Assembly: GCA_963730935.1 (NCBI GenBank) | Contig: CAVSTP010000002.1 | Location: forward strand, 128,001 to 192,000 | Direction: 5' to 3' | DNA: 64,000 nucleotides | Source: an uncultured Nitrospiraceae bacterium | Lineage (GTDB): Bacteria > Nitrospirota > Nitrospiria > Nitrospirales > Nitrospiraceae | In this document: positions 47,676 to 58,114 of the stretch, piece by piece | Layout: every line of letters starts with the position of its first letter | Position numbering within the stretch: position 1 is the first letter of the stretch | Notes under the pieces: model-generated | Told to the model about the DNA's origin: nothing | What the model saw: the letters and a program-made list of their open reading frames with translations, nothing else | Database searches by the model: none | Position numbers and translations under genes: made by a program

Positions 47676-49148
47676 ATGTTTGCCAACACTCGGCCGCTCA
47701 TCATGACGATCCTGACACTGCTGATCGGCGCGCCGGTCTTTGCTGCCAGCCACCGTGAAGCGCCGTTGATCGCGAACGATCCGGCGGCGGATATCACCGA
47801 TTTCTATGTGTTCCGCAGTTGGCAAGATTCCGCCAAGGCAATTCTGATCATGAATGTGATCCCTGGACAAGAGCCGGGGTCCGGTCCTAACTACTTCAAC
47901 TTCGCCGACGACGTCCTGTACGAGATCCACATCGACAACAATAAGAACAACATCGCCGCAAACATCACGTACCAGATCCGATTTAAGACCGAGCTCAGAC
48001 CTCCGGCCGATGTCTTCCCTCTCTCCTATGTGGCGCTCCCTCCGATCACCAACCTGAGCGGAGCCGGCTCGGAGGGATTGCTTCTCCGCCAAAGCTACAC
48101 GGTGACAGAGGTGCGTTACGGCGAGCACCCCAGAGACCTAGGGACAGGCACGATGTACGCGGTGCCGTCGAACGTCGGCCCGCGAACGACGCCGAATTAT
48201 GAACAACTCGCTTCCAAGGGCATCTTCCCCTTGAAGAACGGGGGCCGCGTCTTTGCCGGACAGCGGGACGAGACGTTCTACATCGATCTCGGTGGGACCT
48301 TCGACACACTGAATCTCCACGTCTCGCCAATCCTCTCGGCAGCCGACGACGCGAACGACGCCTTGGTGCTCGGCGCTGCGCGCGACACTTTCAGCGGCTT
48401 CAATGTGAACACGATCGCATTGGAAATCCCGATCAGCGATCTGACAGGTCCGAACGGGAACAAAGTAATCGGCGCCTATGCGACGACCAGTCGGCCGAAG
48501 GTGACGGTCCTGAAAAAGAACAGCGACCGAGAGAACAGCGCCCGTTTAGTACAGGTCGCGCGAATGGGCAATCCGTTGGTGAACGAACTAATTATCCCCA
48601 CGAACATGAAGGACAAATGGAATACAACCGATGCGGAGGACGAGGGGGACTTCGTCTCGTTTTATTGCAACTCGGCGCTCGCAACCGCGTTGAACGCGGT
48701 GTTCGGAACAGCCTTTCCGACCAGCAATCGGGAGGACCTCGTCAACGCATTGCTTCGTTATAGCCCGGGGGCACCGCTCTGCGGCGGAGGCAAGACGAGC
48801 GAAACGTTGTCTGATCTCCTGCGCGTGGATTTAGGCGTCCCTCCCACAGCGGCGGACAATCAGCGGAGACTCGGTCCCCTGGCCCACGATCCGTCAGGCA
48901 ACCCCACTCCGGACAGAGCGGGATGGCCGAACGGCCGGCGCCCGAATGACGACGTCACCGATGTGGCCTTACGGGTTGTGGCCGGCATCCTCAAGAATTC
49001 AGCTGTTCCTAATTTAGGAGATGGTGTGAATTTCAACGTGGGATCGGTTGGCGGCAGCAAGACCGCTAATGGAATCGCGACGGCTTTTCCGTTTCTCCCG
49101 ACACCGTTCGATGGACGAGATCGTCGCCATATCGATCCAGGAGAGTAG
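47676..49148 (+). CDS. DUF4331 family secreted protein
   Basis: Signal + ASHREAPLI, DITDFYVF, VFAGQRDETF, ARMGNPLVNE, GWPNGRRPNDDVTD, FPFL. Confidence 0.9.
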   Translation: MFANTRPLIMTILTLLIGAPVFAASHREAPLIANDPAADITDFYVFRSWQDSAKAILIMNVIPGQEPGSGPNYFNFADDVLYEIHIDNNKNNIAANITYQIRFKTELRPPADVFPLSYVALPPITNLSGAGSEGLLLRQSYTVTEVRYGEHPRDLGTGTMYAVPSNVGPRTTPNYEQLASKGIFPLKNGGRVFAGQRDETFYIDLGGTFDTLNLHVSPILSAADDANDALVLGAARDTFSGFNVNTIALEIPISDLTGPNGNKVIGAYATTSRPKVTVLKKNSDRENSARLVQVARMGNPLVNELIIPTNMKDKWNTTDAEDEGDFVSFYCNSALATALNAVFGTAFPTSNREDLVNALLRYSPGAPLCGGGKTSETLSDLLRVDLGVPPTAADNQRRLGPLAHDPSGNPTPDRAGWPNGRRPNDDVTDVALRVVAGILKNSAVPNLGDGVNFNVGSVGGSKTANGIATAFPFLPTPFDGRDRRHIDPGE

Positions 49149-49252
49149 CTCACTCGGCTGATCACTGGGATGAGTGTGTCCGGTTTCCCGGACACACTCA
49201 TCCCGTGGGAAAAGTGCCTCGAGGCATTCAGACCCGAATCAAGAGAGGGCAC

Positions 49253-50206
49253 ATGTGGGTTCGAGTCGCTCAAGGAGACCAGATCGGAGGCTGGAGCGTC
49301 TCGCTCGTTCTCCATCTGACTCTGTTGAGTGTGATCTGGCCGGCACTCCAACAACTTCCGGCGCCGGTCTTGACGGAGCCCTTTCGCTGGAATGTGACCC
49401 TCGTTCAGTCCCAGCAACCGAGCGCAGCAGTCATGTCGTCGGGCGAAGCGTCTCTCCCCCATCAAGACTTACATGCTGTCGATGCGGCGACACAGAAGCC
49501 GGCACCGCCAAGACCGCCTCGTCCCTCCCTCGATCGATCACCAAGCAACGAAAATCGCATCACGGCTCACCCCGGCGCTGCGACGAGATCGGCGACAGTC
49601 ACAGTCCCGGCGCAAACCTCGCCTAACGTACCGGATGCCGCACCACCGACGTCTTCTATGACCGATCCACTGCCTGCGTCCCAAGAGTCTCCCCCCATAC
49701 CACACGAGAAGGCCGGTCAAATACAAAGGCTTGTTGCCACAGCACCAGTCCAGGCGGGGCCCACATCGACCGCATTGCCGCGAGAAGTGGAAACCCTGTC
49801 GCCACCTGCACCAGCCAGGATCGAGACTCCCGCAGTGATGCACGAGCCTTCTGCCCCATCGCCGGAACCCCCCGCTCCTGTTCCGTCGACAGCTTCCAGT
49901 GAGTTCTCTGGCCCTCGAGCGGATTACAGTTGGTTGCAACGGGCGGTGTCTCGCCGACTGGACGAACTGAAACGGTTCTCGCGACCATGGCTCGGGGACT
50001 CGACAAAGCTCAAGGTCCTGGTGAAGGCCGTCATTTCTAATTCTGGTGAACTGATGAAGATCGAAGTCGTCAAGAGTTCTGGATTGACACGGATCGATCA
50101 AGAGGCTTTGGCGCTGGTGCAGCGAGCCTTTCCCGTCTCGATGGACGAAGTCATCGACCGTCCCCAAATCGTAATGCGTATCCCGATCACCTATTCGCGT
50201 GATTGA
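49253..50206 (+). CDS. TonB-like energy transducer
   Basis: SLVLH TM anchor; Pro-rich linker; C-terminal EVVKSSGLTRIDQEAL...IPITY. Confidence 0.8.
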   Translation: MWVRVAQGDQIGGWSVSLVLHLTLLSVIWPALQQLPAPVLTEPFRWNVTLVQSQQPSAAVMSSGEASLPHQDLHAVDAATQKPAPPRPPRPSLDRSPSNENRITAHPGAATRSATVTVPAQTSPNVPDAAPPTSSMTDPLPASQESPPIPHEKAGQIQRLVATAPVQAGPTSTALPREVETLSPPAPARIETPAVMHEPSAPSPEPPAPVPSTASSEFSGPRADYSWLQRAVSRRLDELKRFSRPWLGDSTKLKVLVKAVISNSGELMKIEVVKSSGLTRIDQEALALVQRAFPVSMDEVIDRPQIVMRIPITYSRD

Positions 50207-50215
50207 AGGAGCACG

Positions 50216-51409
50216 ATGACCAGATGCTGCGGAGCAGGTTGTCTGATGGCGATTGCGTGGCTCACCTTGGGACTATCGTCCCCCACGTCGGGAGAGCCCT
50301 TTCTTCCCCAACAAGACACGCAAGTGCTAGAACGCCTCAGCGTCAAGTCATCTGATCCGGTGGCGCGAGAACTCAGGACCTTACGCGCGCGGCTATCGAG
50401 AAATCCACAAGACGTTGATGTCGCAGTATCGCTTGCGACCAAATTTGCTGCACAAGCGCGGTCGCTAGGAGATCCGAGATTTCTCGGTCAAGCGCAGGCC
50501 ATCTTGGCTCCTTGGTGGAACCTTCCGACACCGCCGCCCTCGGTTCTACTATTGCGAGCCACGATCCGCCAGAATGCGCATGAGTTCGATCTCGCGCTCG
50601 CCGATCTCGATGAGGTCTTGAGCCGGCAACCGACAAACGCTCAGGCGTGGCTGACGAAAGCGTCGATCCTTCAAGTTCAAGGACGATACGAGGAGGCTCG
50701 AGGTGCATGCCAGCCCTTGCTTCGATCGACCGGCCGGCATGTCGCACTCACCTGTTTGAGCGATATCGCCGGTCTGAGGGGCCAAGCCGCTCTTAGCCGC
50801 GATGTGCTGACCACGAGTCTGAGTCGTCCAGACATCTCCGTAGAGGAACGACTTTGGATTCTGACCATCTTGGCGGAGGTGGCCGCTCGCACCGGAGATC
50901 AACGAAATGCTGAAAGGTATTTTGAGGAAGCGCGAAGCATCGGCATGAAAGACCACTATCTCTTAGGGGCTTATGCCGATTTTCTACTCGATCAAGGCCG
51001 CGCGCAGGACGTCGTGGCGCTCCTGCAGCGCGATACGAGATCCGACGGATTGCTCTTACGTCTTGCGCTTGCCGAGCAGGCACTCCATGCACCCGCGTCA
51101 CAGGACCATACGGCCGAGCTTGCGGCCCGTTTTGCCGCCAGTCGTGAGCGAGGAACTCCTGTGCACTTGCGTGAAGAAGCGCGCTTCACTCTTGCGCTGC
51201 TGCAAGATTCACGGGCGGCGCTCCTCCTCGCCCAGAACAATTGGAAGATCCAAAAGGAACCTTCTGATGCCCGCCTGCTGCTCGAATGTGCCTGGGCAGC
51301 CGGTAACCGTCACGCAGCCAAACCTGTGCTCGAATGGCTCGACACGAACCATGTGGAAGGTGACAAGCTCCGACATCTGGCTGCACGGCTTCGAGAGGAG
51401 AGGCCGTAA
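50216..51409 (+). CDS. Secreted TPR-repeat protein
   Basis: Signal peptide; GDPRFLGQA; TPR repeats; HLREEARF...NWKIQKEP. Confidence 0.8.
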   Translation: MTRCCGAGCLMAIAWLTLGLSSPTSGEPFLPQQDTQVLERLSVKSSDPVARELRTLRARLSRNPQDVDVAVSLATKFAAQARSLGDPRFLGQAQAILAPWWNLPTPPPSVLLLRATIRQNAHEFDLALADLDEVLSRQPTNAQAWLTKASILQVQGRYEEARGACQPLLRSTGRHVALTCLSDIAGLRGQAALSRDVLTTSLSRPDISVEERLWILTILAEVAARTGDQRNAERYFEEARSIGMKDHYLLGAYADFLLDQGRAQDVVALLQRDTRSDGLLLRLALAEQALHAPASQDHTAELAARFAASRERGTPVHLREEARFTLALLQDSRAALLLAQNNWKIQKEPSDARLLLECAWAAGNRHAAKPVLEWLDTNHVEGDKLRHLAARLREERP

Positions 51410-52539
51410 TGCGCATCTTCCTCGTCATTGCGCTGCTTCTTATGAGCACGCCCGCCTGGGCTCATAAACCCAGCGACAGTTATCTCTCCCTCACTGTCCA
51501 TCAGGTTCGTGTGGAGGGTCGGTGGGACATCGCGCTGCGAGACTTGGACGACGCGATCGGACTGGACGGGGACGGGAATGGCGAGATCACATGGGGGGAG
51601 GTGCGATCCAGACACGACCAGATCGCTGCTTATGCACTCTCCCGCCTCACGCTTGCGTCAGGCGAGAGACGTTGCGCGACGAACGCCACCCGCCTGCTGA
51701 TCGACCATCACACGGACGGGGCCTACACGGTTCTCCTCTTCACAGCGACCTGTCCGGATCCAATAGAAGAGCTGCGCGCCGATTATCGGCTCTTGTTCGA
51801 TCTGGACGCTCAGCATAAAGGACTCCTGCGCCTAACTCATGGGTCTCATGCGTCCTTCACCACGAGCGCGATATTCAGCCAAGAGACCTCAGCTCAACGA
51901 TTCACGATCGGTGAAGGTTCACTGTGGCGTCAGGGTGGACAATACCTGCATGAAGGCATCTGGCACATCTGGCTAGGATTCGACCACCTCTTGTTTCTGC
52001 TCACACTCCTGTTGCCTGCAGTCCTCGTTCGAGTCGATCACCGCTGGCAAGCCATTGAAGATCTTTCATCCGCATCCTGGGAAGTGTTGCGCATTGTCAC
52101 GGCCTTTACCTTCGCACATTCTCTGACCTTGAGTCTCGCCACACTGGGAATCATGCAGTTGCCTTCACGACTCGTTGAATCAGCAATTGCGTCCTCGGTA
52201 ATTCTTGCTGGAGTGGCAAATCTGTATCCGGGGATCGCACAACGCCGTTGGGTGGTGGCATTCGCCTTTGGTCTCATCCACGGCTTTGGATTCGCCAGCG
52301 TGCTCTCAGATTTGGGATTGCCGCATGGCTCGTTGTTGGTCAGTCTTGTGAGTTTCAACGTCGGTGTTGAGATCGGCCAACTTGCGGTGGTAGTTCTGTT
52401 TCTTCCGCTAGCTCATGCCTTCCGCCGATCTTCGGCTTATCAGTTGATCGTCGTCAGAATTGGGTCTCTGGCAGTTATTGTCGTGGCGCTGCTATGGCTG
52501 GCTGAGCGGGCGTTCGACCTCAAACTTTTTCCGGTCTGA
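51409..52539 (+). CDS. HupE/UreJ-family membrane protein with a periplasmic N-terminal domain
   Basis: AWA/HKPSDSY; GIWHIWLGFDHLLFL, FTFAHSLTL, FGLIHGFGFA, FNVGVEIGQL. Confidence 0.9.
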   Translation: MRIFLVIALLLMSTPAWAHKPSDSYLSLTVHQVRVEGRWDIALRDLDDAIGLDGDGNGEITWGEVRSRHDQIAAYALSRLTLASGERRCATNATRLLIDHHTDGAYTVLLFTATCPDPIEELRADYRLLFDLDAQHKGLLRLTHGSHASFTTSAIFSQETSAQRFTIGEGSLWRQGGQYLHEGIWHIWLGFDHLLFLLTLLLPAVLVRVDHRWQAIEDLSSASWEVLRIVTAFTFAHSLTLSLATLGIMQLPSRLVESAIASSVILAGVANLYPGIAQRRWVVAFAFGLIHGFGFASVLSDLGLPHGSLLVSLVSFNVGVEIGQLAVVVLFLPLAHAFRRSSAYQLIVVRIGSLAVIVVALLWLAERAFDLKLFPV

Positions 52540-52553
52540 AAAACGAACGCGTG

Positions 52554-53966
52554 CTATTCGCCCCGCACGGGGATATAGAGAATGGTGCCCTGGCGGTTGA
52601 CCAGGAGCAGAGCGAGATCGCTCGATTTCATCGGATCGGCAATTCGTTGAAACGCAGAAAAGTTGGGGATGGGCTGGCGGTTTAATTCCAGAATCACGTC
52701 GCCCGGCTGAAGACCCGAGGATTCGGCCAAACTGCCTTCTTCAATATCGGTCACAACGACCCCGCTGTTGACCGGCAGATCCATTTGGCGCGCGAGCGGA
52801 GGCGTGACATCGTCGAAGACCACGCCCGACAGTGGGTGAGCGCCCGAACCCGTCGCGGTCGCCGCCTGACTCTTCCTCGCTCGGTCCCTCGGAGCTTCCT
52901 GCACGGTGAGTTCGACTTGGATCGTCTTGCCGTCCCGCACGAGATCCAGCCGGTGCTTGCTGCCGATTGCGGCGGCCGCCATCAGATTGCGAAGATGCCC
53001 GCTGTCCATGACATCACGTCCGTCGAACCGCTCGATGACATCGCCTCGTCTGAGCCCCGCCTTTTCCGCAGATCCCTTTGACTGCAAGTCGGTGACAATC
53101 GCGCCCTTCACATCCGGCAACTTGAAGATTTTTCCCAGCAGCGGGGTGACATCCTGCGTGGATGCGCCGAGAAATCCCCTCACGACCCGGCCGGTCTTGA
53201 TCAGGCTTTGCATGGCTGTCCTGGCCATGTTGCTGGGAATGGCGAACCCGACGCCGACACTTCCACCAGTAGGACTGGCGATTGCCGTGTTGATGCCCAC
53301 GAGCTCACCGTTGGTGTTGACGAGCGCACCGCCGGAGTTGCCTGGATTGATCGGCGCATCCGTTTGAATGAAATCTTCGAAATCCGCGACGCCGACGTCC
53401 GCCCGTCCCACGGCGCTGACGATGCCGAAAGTCACCGTCCGGCTGAGTCCCAAGGGATTCCCGATCGCCAGCACGAAATCACCGACGGCCAGGTTGCTGG
53501 AATCGCCCCAGGGCACTGTCGGCAAATTGGTGCTCTGAATCTTGACGACCGCGACGTCGGTCTTCGGATCCGTGGCCATCACCTTGCCTTTGAACTGCCG
53601 GCGGTCGGCCAAGATGACTTCCACGTCCACGGCATCCGCGACCACGTGGTTATTCGTGATGATGTAGCCATCGGAAGAGACGATGACGCCGGAGCCCTGT
53701 CCATATTGACGCCGAGCCGGCGGTTCTCTGAATAGACCGAAGGGCAGCGTTTCGTCACTGAACGCCTGGTCGCGCACCATGACGGTCGACGCGATGCTGA
53801 CAACGGCCGGAATCACTTTTGACGCCGTCGTCTTGACCTGATTTTGGAGGTCGTTGACGCCGACGACTGGAACTAACCGGCCGGCCGCCTCTGCCGAACT
53901 TCCCACGGCCAGGCTGATGCTCGCGGCAGCGACCAATCGCACCAGGGAACGGACAGCACTCGACAT
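52554..53966 (-). CDS. DegP/DegQ (HtrA) serine protease with two PDZ domains
   Basis: TNNHVV, DVAVVK, QTDAPINPGNSGGAL. Confidence 0.95.
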   Translation of the reverse strand: MSSAVRSLVRLVAAASISLAVGSSAEAAGRLVPVVGVNDLQNQVKTTASKVIPAVVSIASTVMVRDQAFSDETLPFGLFREPPARRQYGQGSGVIVSSDGYIITNNHVVADAVDVEVILADRRQFKGKVMATDPKTDVAVVKIQSTNLPTVPWGDSSNLAVGDFVLAIGNPLGLSRTVTFGIVSAVGRADVGVADFEDFIQTDAPINPGNSGGALVNTNGELVGINTAIASPTGGSVGVGFAIPSNMARTAMQSLIKTGRVVRGFLGASTQDVTPLLGKIFKLPDVKGAIVTDLQSKGSAEKAGLRRGDVIERFDGRDVMDSGHLRNLMAAAAIGSKHRLDLVRDGKTIQVELTVQEAPRDRARKSQAATATGSGAHPLSGVVFDDVTPPLARQMDLPVNSGVVVTDIEEGSLAESSGLQPGDVILELNRQPIPNFSAFQRIADPMKSSDLALLLVNRQGTILYIPVRGE

Positions 53967-54042
53967 ACCACCCTTTCTTTCAGAACTGCGCATAAGACCT
54001 TAAGAAACGTCGTAGCCTAGCACGGAGGCGGGGAGGACGCAC

Positions 54043-56553
54043 TCATAAATCTACATGCCGCAGACGAAGCGCGTTGGCAATGACGGAGACGGAGCTGAAG
54101 GTCATGGCAGCACTGGCAATCATGGGACTCAGCAGCACCCCCCACACCGGATACAGCGCGCCCGCCGCAAGAGGCACGCCAGCAAGATTGTAGACGAAGG
54201 CGAAAAAGAGATTCTGCCGGATGTTCTTCATGGTCGCCCGGCTGAGTCGGATGGCACGAACCAGCGCGCGCAGATCGCCTTTCACAAGCGTGATGCCCGC
54301 GCTTTCCATCGCAATGTCCGTTCCAGTCCCCATCGCAATCCCCACGTGGGCAAGAGCCAGCGCCGGCGCATCATTGATGCCGTCGCCTGCCATCGCGACC
54401 ACATGGCCTTGTGACTTGAGGTCCGCGACGATAGCGCCTTTTTTCTCCGGGAGCACCCCCGCATACAGGTCGGTGATCCCGACCTGTCGGGCGACGGCCT
54501 CTGCCGTTAGCTGGTGATCGCCCGTGACCATGACCAGCCGAATGCCCTGTTCTCTGAGTAGCCGGACGGCCTCAGGGGTCGTGGATTTCACCGGATCGGC
54601 CACACCGAGCAGTCCCGCAACCTTCCCATCCACGGCGATAAACACTGTCGTTTGTCCCTCCGCTCGCAAGCGCGCCGCTTCCTCTTCCAGCACGGCCAAG
54701 CCCGGATCGGCGATGTTCAGGCGTTCTCGAAGAAGCGTAGCGGTCCCCACTGCGACGGAATGTCCGTCGACGACACCGGTGACTCCATAGCCCGTGACCG
54801 AGCGAAATTCCTTGACCACTCCGGGCGTCGCCGCTCGCTGCTCGGCTTCAGCGATGACGGCAGAAGCAACCGGATGTTCACTCCGGCGCTCGAGACTGGC
54901 CGCGAGCCGCAACACTTCCGCGTCGCTCCACGGCGGCACGAAGCGAATGGAAACAAGCGCGGGTTTCCCTTCGGTGAGGGTACCCGTCTTGTCAAACACC
55001 AACGTGTCCACTTTGCCGAGCACCTCGAGGGCTTCCGCTTTATGGATCAGAACGCCGGCCGTCGCCCCCCGCCCCGTTCCCACCATGATGGACATGGGTG
55101 TTGCCAGTCCGAGCGCACAAGGGCAGGCAACAATCAGCACCGCCACCGCATTGACCAATGCATAGGCCAGCCGCGGTTCAGGCCCCCAGAGGCCCCACGC
55201 GATGGAAGTGAGGATCGCAACCGCAACGACCGCTGGGACAAAGTAGCCGGCCACACGGTCGGCAACCCGTTGGATGGGAGCACGGCTTCGCTGGGCGTCG
55301 CTTACCATTTGGACGATGCGGGCAAGCAAGGTGTCAGAGCCGACCCGTTCCGCCTGCATGAGGATGCTCCCGGCGCCGTTAATCGTACCGCCCGTCACCG
55401 GAGCGCCGGGGGATTTTGCCACCGGCAATGACTCTCCGGTGACCATCGATTCATCGACCACCGTCACACCTTCCGCGACAACGCCGTCCACAGGCACGCG
55501 TTCGCCCGGACGAACGCGTAGACGATCTCCGACCCTCACCTCGTCGAGCGACACGTCCGTCTCCTTGCCGCCCTCCCCGACACGCCTGGCCGTTTTCGGC
55601 GCCAGGCGCAGCAGCGCTTTCATGGCAGAAGTCGTTTGGCCGCGCGCGCGTAATTCCAAGACCTGCCCCAGCAACACCAATACCGTGATGACAGCCGCGG
55701 CTTCGAAATAGACAGGAATGGAACCATCGGATGCATGGAACGAAACCGGCAAGAGGCCAGGCGCGATGGTGGCCAGGACGCTGTAGAGATAGGCGGCTCC
55801 GGTCCCGAGGCCGATCAGCGTGAACATGTTCGGCGCCCGGTGAACGATCGAGTTCCAGGCGCGTTCAAAGAACGGCCAGCCTCCCCAGAGCACGACCGGT
55901 GTGGCCAGCCACAATTGAATCCAGTTTTTCACCGGGCCGTTGAGGATCTGACGCGCCGGTATCATATCGGCCATCGCCAAGGTCATCACGAGGAGCGCGG
56001 GACCGAGGCTGATCCAAAAGCGCCTCGATATGTCCAGAAGTTCCGGATTCGGTCGCTCTTCCAACGTGACGATTTTAGGCTCCAGCGCCATGCCGCAGAT
56101 GGGACAAGCTCCTGGCTCGGTCGAAACGACCTCCGGATCCATCGGACAGATGTATTCCACTTTGGAGCCGGGGGAAACGGCCGTCGGTTTCGTGATGCGT
56201 TGCGCCGGCGGGATCAGAAACGCAGCGGGATCCTGGCGAAACTTGGCCAAACAGCCTGTTGAACAAAAGTAGTACGTCTTACCTTCGTGAACATAGGAGC
56301 CGGCGGCGCTTTCAGGCTGAACGGTCATTCCGCATACAGGATCGACCTGTGCGCCCTTAGTGGCAGGGCTGGGCGGCATCATCTGAATCGTGATCAGGCC
56401 CGAGCTTTTCGGTCGAAGCGCCCGCTCTGGATCAGCTTTGAACGTTTCGAGACAGGAGGCGGCGCAAAAGTAGTAGGTGACGCCTTGATATTCGTATTGC
56501 CCGGCAGCCGTCGCCGGATCGACGGTCATACCGCAGATAGGATCGATCGCCAT
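54043..56553 (-). CDS. copA: Cu(I)/Ag(I)-translocating P1B-type ATPase with two YHS domains and a heavy-metal-binding domain
   Basis: [65 protein letters not shown]. Confidence 0.93.
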   Translation of the reverse strand: MAIDPICGMTVDPATAAGQYEYQGVTYYFCAASCLETFKADPERALRPKSSGLITIQMMPPSPATKGAQVDPVCGMTVQPESAAGSYVHEGKTYYFCSTGCLAKFRQDPAAFLIPPAQRITKPTAVSPGSKVEYICPMDPEVVSTEPGACPICGMALEPKIVTLEERPNPELLDISRRFWISLGPALLVMTLAMADMIPARQILNGPVKNWIQLWLATPVVLWGGWPFFERAWNSIVHRAPNMFTLIGLGTGAAYLYSVLATIAPGLLPVSFHASDGSIPVYFEAAAVITVLVLLGQVLELRARGQTTSAMKALLRLAPKTARRVGEGGKETDVSLDEVRVGDRLRVRPGERVPVDGVVAEGVTVVDESMVTGESLPVAKSPGAPVTGGTINGAGSILMQAERVGSDTLLARIVQMVSDAQRSRAPIQRVADRVAGYFVPAVVAVAILTSIAWGLWGPEPRLAYALVNAVAVLIVACPCALGLATPMSIMVGTGRGATAGVLIHKAEALEVLGKVDTLVFDKTGTLTEGKPALVSIRFVPPWSDAEVLRLAASLERRSEHPVASAVIAEAEQRAATPGVVKEFRSVTGYGVTGVVDGHSVAVGTATLLRERLNIADPGLAVLEEEAARLRAEGQTTVFIAVDGKVAGLLGVADPVKSTTPEAVRLLREQGIRLVMVTGDHQLTAEAVARQVGITDLYAGVLPEKKGAIVADLKSQGHVVAMAGDGINDAPALALAHVGIAMGTGTDIAMESAGITLVKGDLRALVRAIRLSRATMKNIRQNLFFAFVYNLAGVPLAAGALYPVWGVLLSPMIASAAMTFSSVSVIANALRLRHVDL

Positions 56554-56693
56554 AGTAGGATCTCGGCCCTCCACTTGCTGCGGCCGCCCGTGGAGCGAAA
56601 CGTCTCGGCGCTTCGGGGTCGGGCGGGTGGAGAATGGTAGCCATTTTGACCATCCTCCAAGGCATCTTCTCCCGTCTCGTCACTGATCACTGT

Positions 56694-57347
56694 TCATTTT
56701 TTTCCGTCCCCATCGAGGATACTCTGAATCACGAGTCTCAGGTTTTCGGGATCGACTTTTTCCACTTTGATGTTGCCGTCCAAGAGAATAGTCGGCGTTT
56801 GCTGCAGCTTGATGCGCTCTCCCCACTTTTTGCCTTCTTCAACGAGTTGAGCCGGTTTTCCGCTGGCCATGCCTTCTTCAAAAGCCTTGGGATCGAGCCC
56901 GACTTCCTTGATCAGCACTTCCCGAATGGAGCGGTCGAGCACACCGGTTACCTTGTCCTGGTGAATCGTCCGGAAGAGCACTTTCTTCATTTCATTGCCT
57001 TTGCCCATCAGCTTGGCCTGTTCATACATGTCGAACGGCGTCGGCAGTTTTCCTCTGATCACGGGAAAGCCGACCATCGTCGTTTCGAGCTTCTTTCCGA
57101 ATTCTTTCTCGAGGATGGGCAGCCCTTCACCGTCGAAATGATGACAGTGTGGGCAGTAAAAATCTGCGAACTCCACCAGCTTGACCTTCCCTGATTGGTG
57201 AGTCGAGTGCTCATCCTTCAGGACTTCATATTTGCCCTTTAATTCCGAAGGGGCGGCCTGAACCGGCCCATTACCGTCAAAGAGAATGGTTGACAGCAGG
57301 ATTCCGGCGATCAACGTCATGCTAGTCCAACGTGCGATCTTGCCCAT
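56694..57347 (-). CDS. dsbA: DsbA family thiol:disulfide oxidoreductase
   Basis: Signal peptide; FYCPHC; cis-Pro motif QTPT. Confidence 0.8.
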   Translation of the reverse strand: MGKIARWTSMTLIAGILLSTILFDGNGPVQAAPSELKGKYEVLKDEHSTHQSGKVKLVEFADFYCPHCHHFDGEGLPILEKEFGKKLETTMVGFPVIRGKLPTPFDMYEQAKLMGKGNEMKKVLFRTIHQDKVTGVLDRSIREVLIKEVGLDPKAFEEGMASGKPAQLVEEGKKWGERIKLQQTPTILLDGNIKVEKVDPENLRLVIQSILDGDGKK

Positions 57348-57434
57348 GCCCGCTCCTTTCGTGGAAATGCCGTGCCGTAATCGACCATTATATCGAATAC
57401 CTGCGGCACTTTGCTGTTTGTTATAATTCGCACT

Positions 57435-57983
57435 ATGCGTTCAGTCTGCTTGTTGAGCACTGCCATCTCCCTCTGTCTGCTCCTCAGCGGATGCGCGAGC
57501 CAGCATGCCGAAGATGGATCGGCTGCCAGTTCGATCACCTTTCTTCAAGTCAAAGCCGCTCCCGATTCCTACAGAGGACAGTCCGTGGTCTTCGGTGGAG
57601 AGGTGCTGAGTGCCAGGCGACTCAAAGATGGGACAAGGATTGAAATCTTACAGCTCCCGCTCGACCGCTCGGGACACCTCGGTACCGACCGGATGCAGTC
57701 CCAAGGCCGGTTCGTCGCAATGCACAGGGAATTTTTGGATCCTGCCACAATGCCCCCTGGTACCCGACTGACGGTAAATGGAGAAGTCGTAGGGTCGATA
57801 ACCCTGCCGCTCGACGAAACGGAATATAGCTATCCGGTCATTGAAGCGCGTCACATCGAGGTCTTGCCTCCACCGGAGGTGGCTGCGCAATGGAGGCGGC
57901 CCTACGCTTATCCTTACATGGGGTCAGGCTACTGGGGGCCTTACGGCAGTCCCTATTGGCGTCCTTGGCCGTATCGCTGGTAA
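57435..57983 (+). CDS. slp: Slp family outer-membrane lipoprotein
   Basis: LSGC lipobox; VVFGGEV, IEILQLPLD, SQGRF, FLDPA, YSYPV; Tyr/Pro/Trp-rich tail. Confidence 0.88.
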   Translation: MRSVCLLSTAISLCLLLSGCASQHAEDGSAASSITFLQVKAAPDSYRGQSVVFGGEVLSARRLKDGTRIEILQLPLDRSGHLGTDRMQSQGRFVAMHREFLDPATMPPGTRLTVNGEVVGSITLPLDETEYSYPVIEARHIEVLPPPEVAAQWRRPYAYPYMGSGYWGPYGSPYWRPWPYRW

Positions 57984-57984
57984 T

Positions 57985-58108
57985 CAGGGTCTTGAAAAAG
58001 GCCGCTAGCTTCGTTCTCGCGTCACTCAGAGCCTCAACGTACCAGGAACTGTACGCCTCGCCTCTTCGTTCGCTGCGGCCTTGCTAAGCGCCCTTTTTGA
58101 ACACCCTG
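57985..58108 (-). repeat. Palindromic MITE/REP-like element, copy 2
   Basis: TIR CAGGGTcTTgAAAAAGG...CCTTTTTgAAcACCCTG; minus-strand core GAGGCGTAC-N8-GTACGTTGAG; lies between convergent stop codons. Confidence 0.8.
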
Positions 58109-58114
58109 GCAGAA

